This document shows positions 36,440 through 46,198 of a stretch of 64,000 bases of DNA, one piece after another. The translations under genes were made by a program, and so were the position numbers. Source of the stretch: Solirubrobacteraceae bacterium (GTDB lineage Bacteria > Actinomycetota > Thermoleophilia > Solirubrobacterales > Solirubrobacteraceae); contig JADGPP010000003.1 in NCBI GenBank assembly GCA_017882375.1, positions 9,961 through 73,960 on the forward strand, in the 5' to 3' direction. Within the stretch, counting starts at the first letter, position 1. Each line of letters starts with the position of its first letter. The notes under the pieces are model-generated. The model was not told where the DNA came from. It saw only the letters and a list, made by a program, of their open reading frames with translations, and did not search any database.

Positions 36440-37201
36440 CTAGTGGACGGTGACGGTCCAGCCGTCGACGTGGCGCACGATCGGCGGGTGGATGTGCGTC
36501 AGCGCGGTGAACAGGTGCGGAGAGACGTAGACCTCGATGAAGGCCGCGATCACGAGCACGGGCACGGCGACGGCGACGGTGACGACGGTCGCCGCGAGCA
36601 ACTGCTCCCACTCGCCGCGGCGGCTGGCGATGATCCAGGCGGCGAGGGGCAGGAACAGTGCGATCAGCTCCGGGATGGCGTGCGGCAGCACACCGAGCAG
36701 GAGCAGGCCGGGCGAGACGCGCAGGAAGGCCGCGAGGCCGCCGAGCGTATGACCGAGCAGGTAGGCCTGGGCGCTCAGCGAGAACGCGGTCGCGGCGGCG
36801 ACGAAGGCGATCGCGAAGCGCCCGCCTCGTTCGTGCACCCAGCGCGAGAGGCCGGTGCGACCCTCGACCTGCATGGGCAGCGAGCTGCCGGCGATGAAGC
36901 CGGCGACGCAGGCCATCGCGTGCAGCGCGAGCACGAGCATGTTGCGCCCGAGCACCTGGGCGACCTCGCCCAGGTCTCCGACGGCGAACGGCGGTTGCAG
37001 CTTGATGATCTGTTGAAAGCCGTTGTCCAGCGAGGCAACGATCCACACGGCCGCGAGCAGCCCGACCGCGGCGAGCGCCGAGCCGGCGACCCAGCGCGCG
37101 AGCACGGCGGTCGGCGTCGTTTGCCACGTCCGAAGCGTCTCACGCGTGTGACGCACGCCGTGAGCGAACGCGTATGCCGAGGCATCCATCGTGCTCTGCA
37201 T
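36440..37201 (-). CDS. Stage II sporulation protein M / DUF95-family membrane protein
   Basis: Multiple TM segments; LPHAIPELIALFLP and VIAAFIEVYVSP family-like motifs. Confidence 0.75.
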   Translation of the reverse strand: MQSTMDASAYAFAHGVRHTRETLRTWQTTPTAVLARWVAGSALAAVGLLAAVWIVASLDNGFQQIIKLQPPFAVGDLGEVAQVLGRNMLVLALHAMACVAGFIAGSSLPMQVEGRTGLSRWVHERGGRFAIAFVAAATAFSLSAQAYLLGHTLGGLAAFLRVSPGLLLLGVLPHAIPELIALFLPLAAWIIASRRGEWEQLLAATVVTVAVAVPVLVIAAFIEVYVSPHLFTALTHIHPPIVRHVDGWTVTVH

Positions 37202-37264
37202 CGGCCGGCATGGGCGGGAGCTAAAGCGTAGGCGCCGCGAGCGCCGTGCGACCGCTCGGCGGCG

Positions 37265-38011
37265 CTACCTGAAGCGCAGTAGCGGCACCAGCCACATCGC
37301 CTCCGCGGCGATCCTCCAGGACATCTTGCTCTGGCCCTGCTGGCGGTCGCGGAAGACGATCGGCACCTCGATGACGCGAAAGCCGCCACGCACGGCGCGA
37401 TAGGTCAGCTCCACCTGGAAGGCGTAGCCCTGCGAGCGAACGCCGTCGAAGTGGATCGCTTCGAGCACCTCGCGGCGAAAGCACTTGAAGCCGCCCGTCA
37501 GGTCGCGCACCTGCAACCCGAGCACCCAGCGCGAGTACGTCGAGCCGCCCTCGCTGATGAAGCGCCGCAGGCGGCCCCAGTCGCTGACCCCGCCGCCGGG
37601 GACATAGCGCGAGCCGAGCGCCAGGTCGGCGGTCCCGGGCAAGTCGCGATCGACGGCGGCGAGCAGCCGCGCGAGGTCGGCGGGGTCGTGGGAGAAGTCC
37701 GAGTCCATCTCCATCACGTAGCCGGCGCCGTGATCGAGCGCGTGGCGAAAGCCGGCGAGATAGGCCGGGCCGATGCCGTTCTTCTCGGCGCGGTGGAGCA
37801 CGTGCATCCAGTCGTGCTCGGCGGCCAGGCGGTCGGCGATCTGCCCCGTCCCGTCGGGCGATCCGTCGTCGACGACGAGCACGCGGTAGCCATCACGGTC
37901 AGAAGTCGAGCCGGTCGCGCTCGCCAGCACCTCGCTGGCGGCGGCGACGATCGCCTCGACGTTCTCGGCCTCGTCGTATGTCGGCAGTATCAGCCAGGGC
38001 TCGCCGGACAT
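37265..38011 (-). CDS. Polyprenol monophosphomannose synthase (GT2, Ppm1-like)
   Basis: LPTYDEAEN, VDDGSPDGT, EMDSDFSHDP, DLTGGFKCFRR, GYAFQVE, SKMS. Confidence 0.9.
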   Translation of the reverse strand: MSGEPWLILPTYDEAENVEAIVAAASEVLASATGSTSDRDGYRVLVVDDGSPDGTGQIADRLAAEHDWMHVLHRAEKNGIGPAYLAGFRHALDHGAGYVMEMDSDFSHDPADLARLLAAVDRDLPGTADLALGSRYVPGGGVSDWGRLRRFISEGGSTYSRWVLGLQVRDLTGGFKCFRREVLEAIHFDGVRSQGYAFQVELTYRAVRGGFRVIEVPIVFRDRQQGQSKMSWRIAAEAMWLVPLLRFR

Positions 38012-38200
38012 GAGGCGGCGTAGCCTAGAGCGTCACGGACAGTCAACGCCGAGCCGTGCCCGCGCGGCGCGCGGCGCCAACGCCTTCGTCCGGCGGCAGC
38101 GCGGGCGTCCGGCACGGGGCACGGGCGTCGGTCACGGGGCACGGGTGTCCGGCGTGCGGGGGTACGGCGCGGGGGCGTCGCTGCGCCTACGCTGACGGAC

Positions 38201-39958
38201 GTGCCCGCAGCCGACCCGTCAAACGCGGTGATCGCCGACGCCCTGGAGGAGCTCGGCGACCTGTACGAGCTCGACGGCGCGATCATTCACCGCGTGCTGG
38301 CCTACCGCACGGCCGCGAGGAGCGTGCGCGACGCCTCGCTGTCGGTCGCGGCGCTGGCGCGCGATGGCCGCGCGCGCGAGCTGCCGGGTATCGGCTCGAC
38401 ATTGGAAGAGAAGATCCTCGCGCTGCTCGACAGTGGCGCGATCCCGGCGGCGGAGCGGCTGCGCGCGAAGTTCCCGGCGGGTTTGATTGCGGTCACGCGC
38501 CTGCCCGGTCTCGGCGCAAAGCGGGCGCGCCTGCTGCACTCCGAGCTCGGCGTGGACTCGCTGGAGAAGCTGCGCGAGGCCGCGCTGGCGCAGCGCATCC
38601 GCACCGTGCGCGGCCTCGGTCCGAGGCTCGAGGAACGCGTGCTCGCGGCGCTGGCCGAAGGCGCAGGCGAGCGCGCGACGCCGCGCGTGCTGCTGCCCAG
38701 GGCGATCGAGATCGGCGAGGGCCTCGCCGCCGGACTGGCCGAGCTGGGCGGTCCTGAAACGCACGTGCAGGTCGCCGGCTCGGCGCGTCGCTGCGCCGAC
38801 AGCGTCAAGGACATCGACCTGATCGCCGTGACGACACGCCCGACGGCGCTGGCCAAGAGCCTGGTCAAGCTCGAGGAGATCGAGACCGTCGGCTCGGCCG
38901 GCAAGTCGGGCGCGCGGGCGCGCACGCATTCGGGGATCGGCGTCGACCTGCGCATCGCCAAGCCGTCGCAGCTGGGCAACCTGCTGCAGCACTTCACCGG
39001 GTCCGGGCGCCACAACGCGGCGTTGCGCGAGGCGGCGGTCAGGCGCGGTCTGCACGTCTCCGAGTACGGCCTGCTCGATGACGCGATCGGGCGCACGCGC
39101 ACGTGCACGAGCGAGGCCGAGCTGTACGAGCTGCTGGGCCTTGCCTACATCGAGCCCGAGCTGCGCGAGAACCGCGGCGAGCTCGACGCGGCGCGGCTGG
39201 ACGGCGGCGCTGGGCTGCCGATCCTGATCGAGCTCGAGGACATCCGCGGCGACCTGCACAGTCACACGATCGCCTCCGACGGGCGCAACACGATCGAGGA
39301 GATGGCCACGGCGGCGCGTGAGCGCGGCTATGAGTACCTGGCGATCACCGACCACTCGGCGACGCACGGCTTCGGCAACGACGTCTCGCCAGGGCAGCTG
39401 CGCCGGCAGATCGAGCTCGTGCGCGAGGCCAACGCGCGCGTGCAGGGCATCGAGCTGCTGGCGGGCAGCGAGGTGAACATCCTGCCCGACGGCTCGCTGG
39501 ACTACGAGGACGAGCTGCTCGGTCAGCTCGACTGGGTGATCGCCAGCGCTCACACCTCCTTCGGCACGTCCGAGCAGGCGATGACCGAGCGGATGATCGC
39601 GACGATCGAGCACCCGCTCGTCGACGCGATCGGCCATCCGACAGGCCGCCTGATCGAGCGTCGCGAGCCGTATGCGATCGACCTCGACGCCGTGTTCGCG
39701 GCGGCGGCGCGAACGGGCACGATGCTCGAGATCAACGCCAACCCCGACCGCCGCGACCTGTCAGACGTGCACGCGCGCGCCGCGGTGCGCGCGGGCGTGA
39801 CCGTCCTGATCGACTCCGACGCGCACCGCACGAGCACGCTGGCGAACATGCGCTGGGGCGTCGCGACGGCGCGGCGCGCGTGGCTGACTCGCGAGAACGT
39901 CGCCAACACGCGCAGCTGGCACGGGCTTCAGCGGCTACGCAAGCAGACACGGACCTAG
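38201..39958 (+). CDS. polX: DNA polymerase/3'-5' exonuclease PolX (with PHP domain)
   Basis: HhH motifs, GSARR..DIDL, HFTGSG, SEYG, EPELRE; PHP motifs DLHSHT, TDHS, HPTGR, DSDAH; TACGCT 7 nt before GTG. Confidence 0.93.
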   Translation: MPAADPSNAVIADALEELGDLYELDGAIIHRVLAYRTAARSVRDASLSVAALARDGRARELPGIGSTLEEKILALLDSGAIPAAERLRAKFPAGLIAVTRLPGLGAKRARLLHSELGVDSLEKLREAALAQRIRTVRGLGPRLEERVLAALAEGAGERATPRVLLPRAIEIGEGLAAGLAELGGPETHVQVAGSARRCADSVKDIDLIAVTTRPTALAKSLVKLEEIETVGSAGKSGARARTHSGIGVDLRIAKPSQLGNLLQHFTGSGRHNAALREAAVRRGLHVSEYGLLDDAIGRTRTCTSEAELYELLGLAYIEPELRENRGELDAARLDGGAGLPILIELEDIRGDLHSHTIASDGRNTIEEMATAARERGYEYLAITDHSATHGFGNDVSPGQLRRQIELVREANARVQGIELLAGSEVNILPDGSLDYEDELLGQLDWVIASAHTSFGTSEQAMTERMIATIEHPLVDAIGHPTGRLIERREPYAIDLDAVFAAAARTGTMLEINANPDRRDLSDVHARAAVRAGVTVLIDSDAHRTSTLANMRWGVATARRAWLTRENVANTRSWHGLQRLRKQTRT

Positions 39959-40079
39959 ACGTACTAAGACCTTGCGGGCTGACGCCATGCTGAGCTGGAG
40001 TTCTGATAGAAGGGGACCAGCGTGCGCGCCGGGGGTCTGTGACGGGCGTGCTACCACCCCCTCGACGAAGGAGTAGCTG

Positions 40080-40343
40080 ATGCCTAAAGTCGTCTTCACT
40101 CACGCGGTCTCGGACGTTCCGGCGTGGGCCTCACACAAGGCCGAGCGCGCCGGGTTCTTCGCGGACTACGCGACGGACGTCGTCGACTACCTGCCGACCG
40201 ACGGCGGTAGCACCGTCGCCGTGTCGGCGAACGTCCACGACATGGACGGGATGCTGGCAGCGCTGCAGACGCCCGACGCGGTCGCTCTCGAGGAGTCCCA
40301 CGGCGTCATCCAGCCGATCTCGAGCTTCGTCGAAGGCCAATAG
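40080..40343 (+). CDS. Small hypothetical protein (possible dimeric alpha-beta barrel)
   Basis: GAAGGAG ribosome-binding site, normal codon usage, followed by a hairpin. Confidence 0.7.
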   Translation: MPKVVFTHAVSDVPAWASHKAERAGFFADYATDVVDYLPTDGGSTVAVSANVHDMDGMLAALQTPDAVALEESHGVIQPISSFVEGQ

Positions 40344-40350
40344 CCAGCGC

Positions 40351-40372
40351 CCCGCGCCCCGAGGGGCGCGGG
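40351..40372. terminator. GC-rich hairpin between convergent genes
   Basis: CCCGCGCCC, CGAG, GGGCGCGGG. Confidence 0.6.
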
Positions 40373-40383
40373 CTTCCTGCTCG

Positions 40384-41430
40384 CTACGCAAGCAGTCGGG
40401 GCAGTAGCTGCTCGGCGACGAGCCGGTCGACCGACTCGCGCTTAAACGGCGCGAGCGCCTCGCGCGCGCGCTCGGAATAGTCGGCCAGCGGGTTCTGCAG
40501 CGCCGCGCGCAGCCCCCCCACGAGATCATCGCCGACCAGACGCGGGTCCAGCTGACGGGCGATCGGCAGCGCGGCGTAGGGCCCGGGCGCGCGCGTCGTG
40601 ACCAGCTGACAGCCATCGGCGAGCGCCTCCAGCTGGGCGATCCCGTAGTCCTCGCGGCGCGGCGCGCACACGAACACGCGGGCGCGTCGCAGCAGCGCGC
40701 GAAAGTCGGCCGCGACGAGCGAGCCGACAACGCGGACGCCGGGCTCCCCGGGCGAGACCATCCCCGCGCGCTGCAGCTGGGCGGCGGACGCTCCGGCGAT
40801 GACCAGCTCCGGCGCTGGCCCGTCCGCGCCGGCGCGCTCGGCGAGCAGCCGCCGCCAGGCGGCAAGCACGCGATCAAGGCCCTTCTTCTGCGGGTTGGAC
40901 GCATAGGTGACCGCGGCGACGTCGCGCTCTGCGTCAAGCGGTCCGGAGGGCTCGACGGGCACCGGGAGCACGAGCGCGCGGTCGCCGCGCGACGCCACGT
41001 CGGGAGCCTCGCGCAGGCCGCCCTCGCTCCACGGCAGCAGCAGCGGCGCCTGGCGCAGGCGCCTGCGCTCCAGCGGTCGCTGCCACAGCCCGTGGCGCCC
41101 GCGGCGGTTGCCGGCGGCGGTGGCGTCGAAGCGGATCGCACCCGGGCGCGGCCACAGCAGCGCGGCGGTCGTGCTCGAGTAGATCACCGCCCGGGCGGGG
41201 GCATGGCGCTGCTGCTCGAGGATCTTCGTGGCGGTCTCGCGCGCGGCGCGCGCCCACAGCAGGTCGGTGAGCATCAGCGTCGGCAGCGGCTCGGGGGGAT
41301 ACGGGCGCGCGACCGCCACGCGCGCGCCGGCGCGACGCATCGAGTCCTGCAGCTCGTCGTCGGCCCGGCGCAAGCCCTCGGTCGAGCCGAGCGAGACGAG
41401 CAGCACGTCGGCGGCGTGGGTCCGCTCCAT
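40384..41430 (-). CDS. GT-B fold glycosyltransferase (GT4-like)
   Basis: KKGLDRVLAAW, APRREDYGIAQLEALADG (E-x7-E motif); start MERTHAAD at 41430. Confidence 0.8.
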   Translation of the reverse strand: MERTHAADVLLVSLGSTEGLRRADDELQDSMRRAGARVAVARPYPPEPLPTLMLTDLLWARAARETATKILEQQRHAPARAVIYSSTTAALLWPRPGAIRFDATAAGNRRGRHGLWQRPLERRRLRQAPLLLPWSEGGLREAPDVASRGDRALVLPVPVEPSGPLDAERDVAAVTYASNPQKKGLDRVLAAWRRLLAERAGADGPAPELVIAGASAAQLQRAGMVSPGEPGVRVVGSLVAADFRALLRRARVFVCAPRREDYGIAQLEALADGCQLVTTRAPGPYAALPIARQLDPRLVGDDLVGGLRAALQNPLADYSERAREALAPFKRESVDRLVAEQLLPRLLA

Positions 41431-41432
41431 CT

Positions 41433-41963
41433 TCAGGTGACGGCGCCGTTGACGCGTTCGGGCCGCAGCGCCTTGAAGCCGGGCGTGCGCTCGAGTTCCA
41501 TCGGCCGGACGGGAGACGTGCGCATCACGTAGAAGAACGCGCCGTCGCGCTCCTCGATCGCCGCGACCGCCGCATCCTGACGCCGCCAGGCGAGCGCCCA
41601 GATGATCGCGAAGCCGGCGGCGATGCCGGGCACCTGCGGGGCGAGGAAGGCCAGCCCGCCTGCGATCAGCGTGAACAGCAGCAGCGGCCACAGGCGGTTG
41701 ACGAGGATCGCGCTCGGATGGTTCTCCGGTAGCGCCGTGCTCGCTTTCGCGTCAGCGAGCAGGCGCGCGATCGGCGGGTTGGTCTCGGCGCGCCTGCCCA
41801 GGCGCAGGCCGATCGGCGCAGCGATCACCCACCAGCCGACGACGATCGGCAACAGGTGTTCTTCAGAGCTCGTGCCGACGGCCAGCACGGTGACGAGCGC
41901 CAGCGCCGTCGCTGCGCCGGCGCTGAGCATCACGGTGGATCTGAGGAAGTCGACGAACCGCAC
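41433..41963 (-). CDS. Hypothetical membrane protein (~4 TM segments)
   Basis: Hydrophobic segments; packed between otsB and the glycosyltransferase. Confidence 0.7.
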   Translation of the reverse strand: MRFVDFLRSTVMLSAGAATALALVTVLAVGTSSEEHLLPIVVGWWVIAAPIGLRLGRRAETNPPIARLLADAKASTALPENHPSAILVNRLWPLLLFTLIAGGLAFLAPQVPGIAAGFAIIWALAWRRQDAAVAAIEERDGAFFYVMRTSPVRPMELERTPGFKALRPERVNGAVT

Positions 41964-41970
41964 GCGCCTA

Positions 41971-42771
41971 CTACAGCAGCGCCTCGAGCAGTTCGCGCAC
42001 GCCCGCCGTGCCGTCGACGGTCAGGTCGGCCTCGCGCGCCAGCTCGGGTGGCGCTTCGTCGGAATTGACGGCGACGCAGAGAACCGAGTCCAGCGGTCCC
42101 GACTGCACAAGCTCGCGCAATCCGCGAAAGGCGTCGAGGTCGGTGGTGTCGTCGCCGACGTAAAGGGCCGCGGTCGCCTCAGAGCCGCGCAGCAGCATCG
42201 CGATGCCGAGGCCCTTGTCGAGCTTGACCGGAGGGCGCACCTCGAGCACCTTGCGCCCCCAGTGCACCACCAGGCCTTCCTCCTGCGCGAGCCTTGCGAT
42301 TTCTCGCACGGCCACCTCGGCGGCCTCCTCGTCGGGTGCGCCGCGCCAGTGAAACGCGGCGATCGCTTCCTTGTCCTCGCCGCGGATGCGCAGTCGCTGG
42401 TGCTCGGCCGTCAGCGCCCGCGCCGCGAAGGCGCGCACGCGAGCGGACCAGGCGGCGAGCTCGGGGTCGACCTCGGGACGCGTCGAGCGCGGGCGCAGCA
42501 GCTCGCCGCCGTGGTTGCCGACGTACGCGAGCGTGCCGATCGCGACGATCTGGCGCGCGGTCGCGGCGCGGCGGCCGCTGACGCAGCCGACGACGCCGTA
42601 GCGCTTGCCGATCTCGATCAGCAGCGTGCGCGTGGCCTCGGGGACATGGGCGTCGGCAGCGTGGCGAACGATCGGCGCGAGCGTGCCGTCGATGTCGAGT
42701 AGAACCGCGCCGCGATCCGGGTCCGAGCGGATCGGCTCGAGCGCCTCCACGAGCGTTGCAGCGGGGGACAC
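41971..42771 (-). CDS. otsB: Trehalose-6-phosphate phosphatase
   Basis: LLDIDGTLAPIV, VSGR, GNHGGE, KVLEVRP, DKG, VGDDTTDLDAF; GTG 42771 lies 7 nt after CATACT. Confidence 0.88.
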   Translation of the reverse strand: MSPAATLVEALEPIRSDPDRGAVLLDIDGTLAPIVRHAADAHVPEATRTLLIEIGKRYGVVGCVSGRRAATARQIVAIGTLAYVGNHGGELLRPRSTRPEVDPELAAWSARVRAFAARALTAEHQRLRIRGEDKEAIAAFHWRGAPDEEAAEVAVREIARLAQEEGLVVHWGRKVLEVRPPVKLDKGLGIAMLLRGSEATAALYVGDDTTDLDAFRGLRELVQSGPLDSVLCVAVNSDEAPPELAREADLTVDGTAGVRELLEALL

Positions 42772-42818
42772 GACGTCTAGTATGGCGCGCATGGTGACTG
42801 ACCAGTTGGCTCGCAAGC

Positions 42819-43205
42819 GTGCTTGCTGAAGGGCGGTCCGAGAGGTCCTCCAACCGGTCGCTGAAGCTGATGGCGATCGGCACCGCAGCCGGCCTGTTCA
42901 GCGGTCTGTTCGGCGTCGGTGGGGGCAGCGTGATCGTGCCGCTGCTCGTCCTCTGGCTCGGCTACGAGGAGCGCTCGGCGACCGCGACGTCGCTCGCGGC
43001 GATCGTCTTCATCGCGGCCTTCGCGGCCGGCACGCAGGGCCTGTACGGCAACGTGCACGTGCTCGACGCGCTGCTCGTCGGCGTGCCGGCGGTCGGCGGC
43101 GTGCTGTTCGGCACGTGGTTGCAGCAGCGCGTGGACAACCGCTCGATCTCACTGCTGTTCGCCGCCGTGCTCGTCGCCAGCGCCGTCGAGCTGGTGCTGC
43201 GGTGA
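42819..43205 (+). CDS. Half-size TauE/SafE (TSUP) family membrane protein
   Basis: GLFSGLFGVGGGSVIVP, ATATSL. Confidence 0.8.
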   Translation: MLAEGRSERSSNRSLKLMAIGTAAGLFSGLFGVGGGSVIVPLLVLWLGYEERSATATSLAAIVFIAAFAAGTQGLYGNVHVLDALLVGVPAVGGVLFGTWLQQRVDNRSISLLFAAVLVASAVELVLR

Positions 43206-43567
43206 TCGGCGCGATCGCGATCGGCGTGGCCGGCGGAATCGTCGCCGGGATGCTCGGCGTCGGCGGCGGCGTGCTGTTCGTGCCCGGTCTGGTGATCTTC
43301 CTGAACCTCAGCCAGCACCAGGCCGAGGCGACGTCGCTGCTGGCGATCATCCCGGTGGCGATCGTCGGCACCTACAACCAGGATCGCTACGGCAACGTGC
43401 GCCGCAACGACGCCCTGCTGCTCGGCCTGCTGTCACTGGCCGGCGCGGCCGGCGGCGTGGCGCTGGCGAACGCACTGTCGGGCCGGGTCCTGCGCGACGC
43501 GTTCGCCGCGCTGATCGTGATCGTCGCCGGACAGTTCGTGCGCCGGGCCCTCGCACGGCCCGCCTAG
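43202..43567 (+). CDS. Second half-size TauE/SafE (TSUP) family membrane protein
   Basis: GIVAGMLGVGGGVLFVP, AEATSL; GTGA overlap with the preceding gene. Confidence 0.8.
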   Translation: MIGAIAIGVAGGIVAGMLGVGGGVLFVPGLVIFLNLSQHQAEATSLLAIIPVAIVGTYNQDRYGNVRRNDALLLGLLSLAGAAGGVALANALSGRVLRDAFAALIVIVAGQFVRRALARPA

Positions 43568-43593
43568 CGAATGGTCTAGACTCAGACGAGCAC

Positions 43594-43875
43594 ATGGGAC
43601 TCGACAATCCCCTGCACATCGCATTCCTCGTAGTGATCCTGCTACTGATCTTCGGCGCCAAGCGCCTGCCGGAGATCGGGCGCTCGCTCGGCAGCGGCAT
43701 GCGCGAGTTCAAGAGCTCGGTCACCGGCGAGTCGAACTCACAGCACACGGCGCTCCCGGCCGCCCAGCAGCCCCCCGCGCAAGCGCCCGTGGCGCCGCCC
43801 GCGCCGGTCGCCCAGCCCGCCGCACCGCCGGCCGCCGCGCCTCCAGCGCCCGCACCGCCGGTCGAGCACCAGTAG
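43594..43875 (+). CDS. tatA: Twin-arginine translocase TatA/TatE subunit
   Basis: ILLLIFGAKRLPEIGRSLGSGMREFK followed by a Pro/Ala tail. Confidence 0.93.
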   Translation: MGLDNPLHIAFLVVILLLIFGAKRLPEIGRSLGSGMREFKSSVTGESNSQHTALPAAQQPPAQAPVAPPAPVAQPAAPPAAAPPAPAPPVEHQ

Positions 43876-43924
43876 CAACACTCCTGGCGCCGTCGCAATC
43901 GGCCGCTCAGCCCCAATCGGCCGC

Positions 43925-44899
43925 TCAGCCCTTGTGCAGGATCGGTCCTGAGGCGATCGCCTCGAAGGCCGCGCCGGGGACGCTCTTGAGCTGGTCGAGG
44001 TCTTCGTCGTGCCAATGCGCGTCCGACGCGCCGCTGATGTACCACGAGGAGCCGTTGTCGGCGACGATCAGACCGTAGCGCTTGAGCGCGCGCAGGATTA
44101 CCAGCGCCTGGCCGCGGTAGGGAGTGAGGGCGAAGCTCGCCTTCAGGCGCAGGCGCAGGCCCATCGGCGGCAGGCTGGGGTCGGGGCTGCTGGATGCGAG
44201 ATGCGTCGCCGGGTGGATGTAACCCCGCTGCGTGCGCGCGACGGTCACGCGCAAGGCGTGATCGATCCGCCCGGCGTGCACCTCCGGGTAGCGAGCGAGC
44301 AGCGGCAGGATCGGCAGCCCGGCGGCGTCCGCCGAGGTCCAGCCTTCGGGGCGCAGCGCGTTGCTGCGCAGGTTGAACACCGCTCCCGAGCCCGCTTCCC
44401 AGCCGGCCCCGACGCGGCGCGCCGAGTACAGCTCATACAGCTTGCACGCGTGCGTCTGCAGGACGAGCACGTGCCGGTCGCCTTCTTCGCCCGCTCCCTC
44501 GACAGGCGCGGTGAGCGGGACGGGATACGGTCCCGGCTCGGATTCGCTGCCGTATTCGCTGAACTTGATCGGCACGCGCGCCTGGTGGGGGCCGACGACG
44601 ACGTACGGGATGCCGTAGCTGGGGTTGGTGCCGAAGTCGGCGTGGAGGTGCAGGGTCGCGCCGATCGAGGCGATGTAGCTGGCCGAGCGCGGGTCGAGCG
44701 GCGCCCGCGAGATGTCGCGGTTGAGCGCGTTGTTCGCCGGAAGCATCGGGCAGCCGTACTCCTGGGGGCCCGCGACCTTGGCGTGCGGGGGCGACGCGGC
44801 GGCCGCGAGCGATGCCAGGCCCGACGCAGCCGAAACGAGCGCGATTGTCGCCGCAAGCGTCGCGCGCCGGCGCGACCGGGTCCTCGGGCGACCGGTCAT
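43925..44899 (-). CDS. Secreted conserved hypothetical protein
   Basis: Arg-rich signal peptide; YGIPY, GDRHVLV, LYELY, WTSADAAGLPILP, IDHALR, YGLIVADNGS motifs; TACTGT 7 nt before ATG. Confidence 0.8.
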   Translation of the reverse strand: MTGRPRTRSRRRATLAATIALVSAASGLASLAAAASPPHAKVAGPQEYGCPMLPANNALNRDISRAPLDPRSASYIASIGATLHLHADFGTNPSYGIPYVVVGPHQARVPIKFSEYGSESEPGPYPVPLTAPVEGAGEEGDRHVLVLQTHACKLYELYSARRVGAGWEAGSGAVFNLRSNALRPEGWTSADAAGLPILPLLARYPEVHAGRIDHALRVTVARTQRGYIHPATHLASSSPDPSLPPMGLRLRLKASFALTPYRGQALVILRALKRYGLIVADNGSSWYISGASDAHWHDEDLDQLKSVPGAAFEAIASGPILHKG

Positions 44900-44968
44900 C
44901 GCAGCAACAGTAGGCGCTTGCCGGGACGTTTGCGGGCGGTGTGGACGAGCAGACGATGGGCGCGAAGA

Positions 44969-45100
44969 TCAGCGCTGGAGCGTGACGCGCGTGCTCTTCG
45001 GCCTGCCGCCGCCGGCGGTAAAGCGAACGTTCGCCCACACCTTGCTCTTCTTGCGCGCTTTCACCAGCTTGCGTCCAATTGCGTAGCCGGCGCGCGTCAG
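44969..45100 (-). pseudogene. Possible 3' remnant of a secreted-protein gene
   Basis: KLTRAGYAIGRKLVKARKKSKVWANVRFTAGGGRPKSTRVTLQR-stop with no plausible start of its own. Confidence 0.35.
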
Positions 45101-45549
45101 CTTGGCTCGCCGTAAGGCTCGAGCACGCTTGGGCGCGCCTCCTCGAGCAGGCCGGCGCCGCAGTGCCAGCAGAAGGAGGCGCCGCGACTGTGCACGGCGC
45201 CGCACGAGCGGCACTGGCCGTGCACGCCCGCCTCGGCCGTGGCCAGCAGGCGCTGGACCTCTCCGAGCTGCGCGTCGGCCTGCTGCAGCTCCGACGCGCG
45301 GCGGGCGAGCACGTCAAGCCGGTAGTGGTCGCGGATCGCCATCTCGTACGTCAGGCCGCCGAGGTCCCACGTCAGCTCGGCGACGCGCTCGGCGAGCTCG
45401 TAGCGGCGGCGGCGCAGCTCGGCCATCGAGCCGTTGAGCGCCGGCTGGACGTTGGCCAGGCCGCCGACCGGGACGACCACGGCGGTCGGCTGCCCGCCGC
45501 CGCTCACGGGCGGCTGGCTCGACGAGGAGTTGCCGTTGAGCGAGTCCAT
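45097..45549 (-). CDS. Hypothetical protein with C-terminal zinc ribbon
   Basis: Helical region WDLGGLTYEMA, then CRSCG...CWHCG. Confidence 0.75.
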   Translation of the reverse strand: MDSLNGNSSSSQPPVSGGGQPTAVVVPVGGLANVQPALNGSMAELRRRRYELAERVAELTWDLGGLTYEMAIRDHYRLDVLARRASELQQADAQLGEVQRLLATAEAGVHGQCRSCGAVHSRGASFCWHCGAGLLEEARPSVLEPYGEPS

Positions 45550-45556
45550 CGTGCCG

Positions 45557-46198
45557 TCAGCCGGTTTCGATCGGCTGGGCCCCGAGCGAGTTGATTTCTT
45601 CCTGATGCTGTTTGCCGCTCGAGTTGGTCAGTTTTTTGATCTTCGCCGGAGCGACTTTGACCGGTTTCGGCGGCGGCGCTTTTTCGACCTTCGTTTCTTT
45701 TGCTTCGGCCTTTGCTTCTTCGGCTTGCGCCTTCGCGTTGGATTTCGCTGCGGTCGGCGTCGTGCTCGTCGTGCTTGTCGGGGCCGGCGTCGTCGCTGCG
45801 GCCGGCGCGGCCGCCAGGCTGGACAGGCCCTTGACTTCCACTACCTGCTTGGCCGGGGTCTTGTTGCCCTGGCTGACCCAATGCCCGACGAGCAGGCCGA
45901 CGATCAGGCACAGCACGAGCACGGCGAGCAGGCCGAGCAGCCCCGAGTTGCGCCGCAGCCAGCCGTTGGCCCCGCGGGCCTCGCCGACGGGAACGTACCC
46001 GGCGGGGCTCATCTCGATCGTCGGCGCGGCGGCGCCCGGCGCCCCTGGCTGGCCCTGCAGCACGTCCAGGAAGGCCAGGCGCACCGGTGAGGCCGGCTCG
46101 CCGCAGGACAGGCAGTAGCGCTGGTCGGCGACGAGCGCCGCGCCGCAGTTCGCGCACGTGGCGCCGCCCCGCTCGGATGCAACCGGCACCAGGCTCAT
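45557..46198 (-). CDS. Zinc-ribbon single-pass membrane protein with Lys/Ala/Thr-rich tail
   Basis: CANCG...CLSCG, one TM segment LLAVLVLCLIVGLLV. Confidence 0.75.
   Translation of the reverse strand: MSLVPVASERGGATCANCGAALVADQRYCLSCGEPASPVRLAFLDVLQGQPGAPGAAAPTIEMSPAGYVPVGEARGANGWLRRNSGLLGLLAVLVLCLIVGLLVGHWVSQGNKTPAKQVVEVKGLSSLAAAPAAATTPAPTSTTSTTPTAAKSNAKAQAEEAKAEAKETKVEKAPPPKPVKVAPAKIKKLTNSSGKQHQEEINSLGAQPIETG

Noticed and set aside
38101-38175. G-quadruplex-like G-runs and a 20-bp period repeat upstream of polX
   Set aside because: G-runs are frequent at this GC content, and there is no independent support for function.
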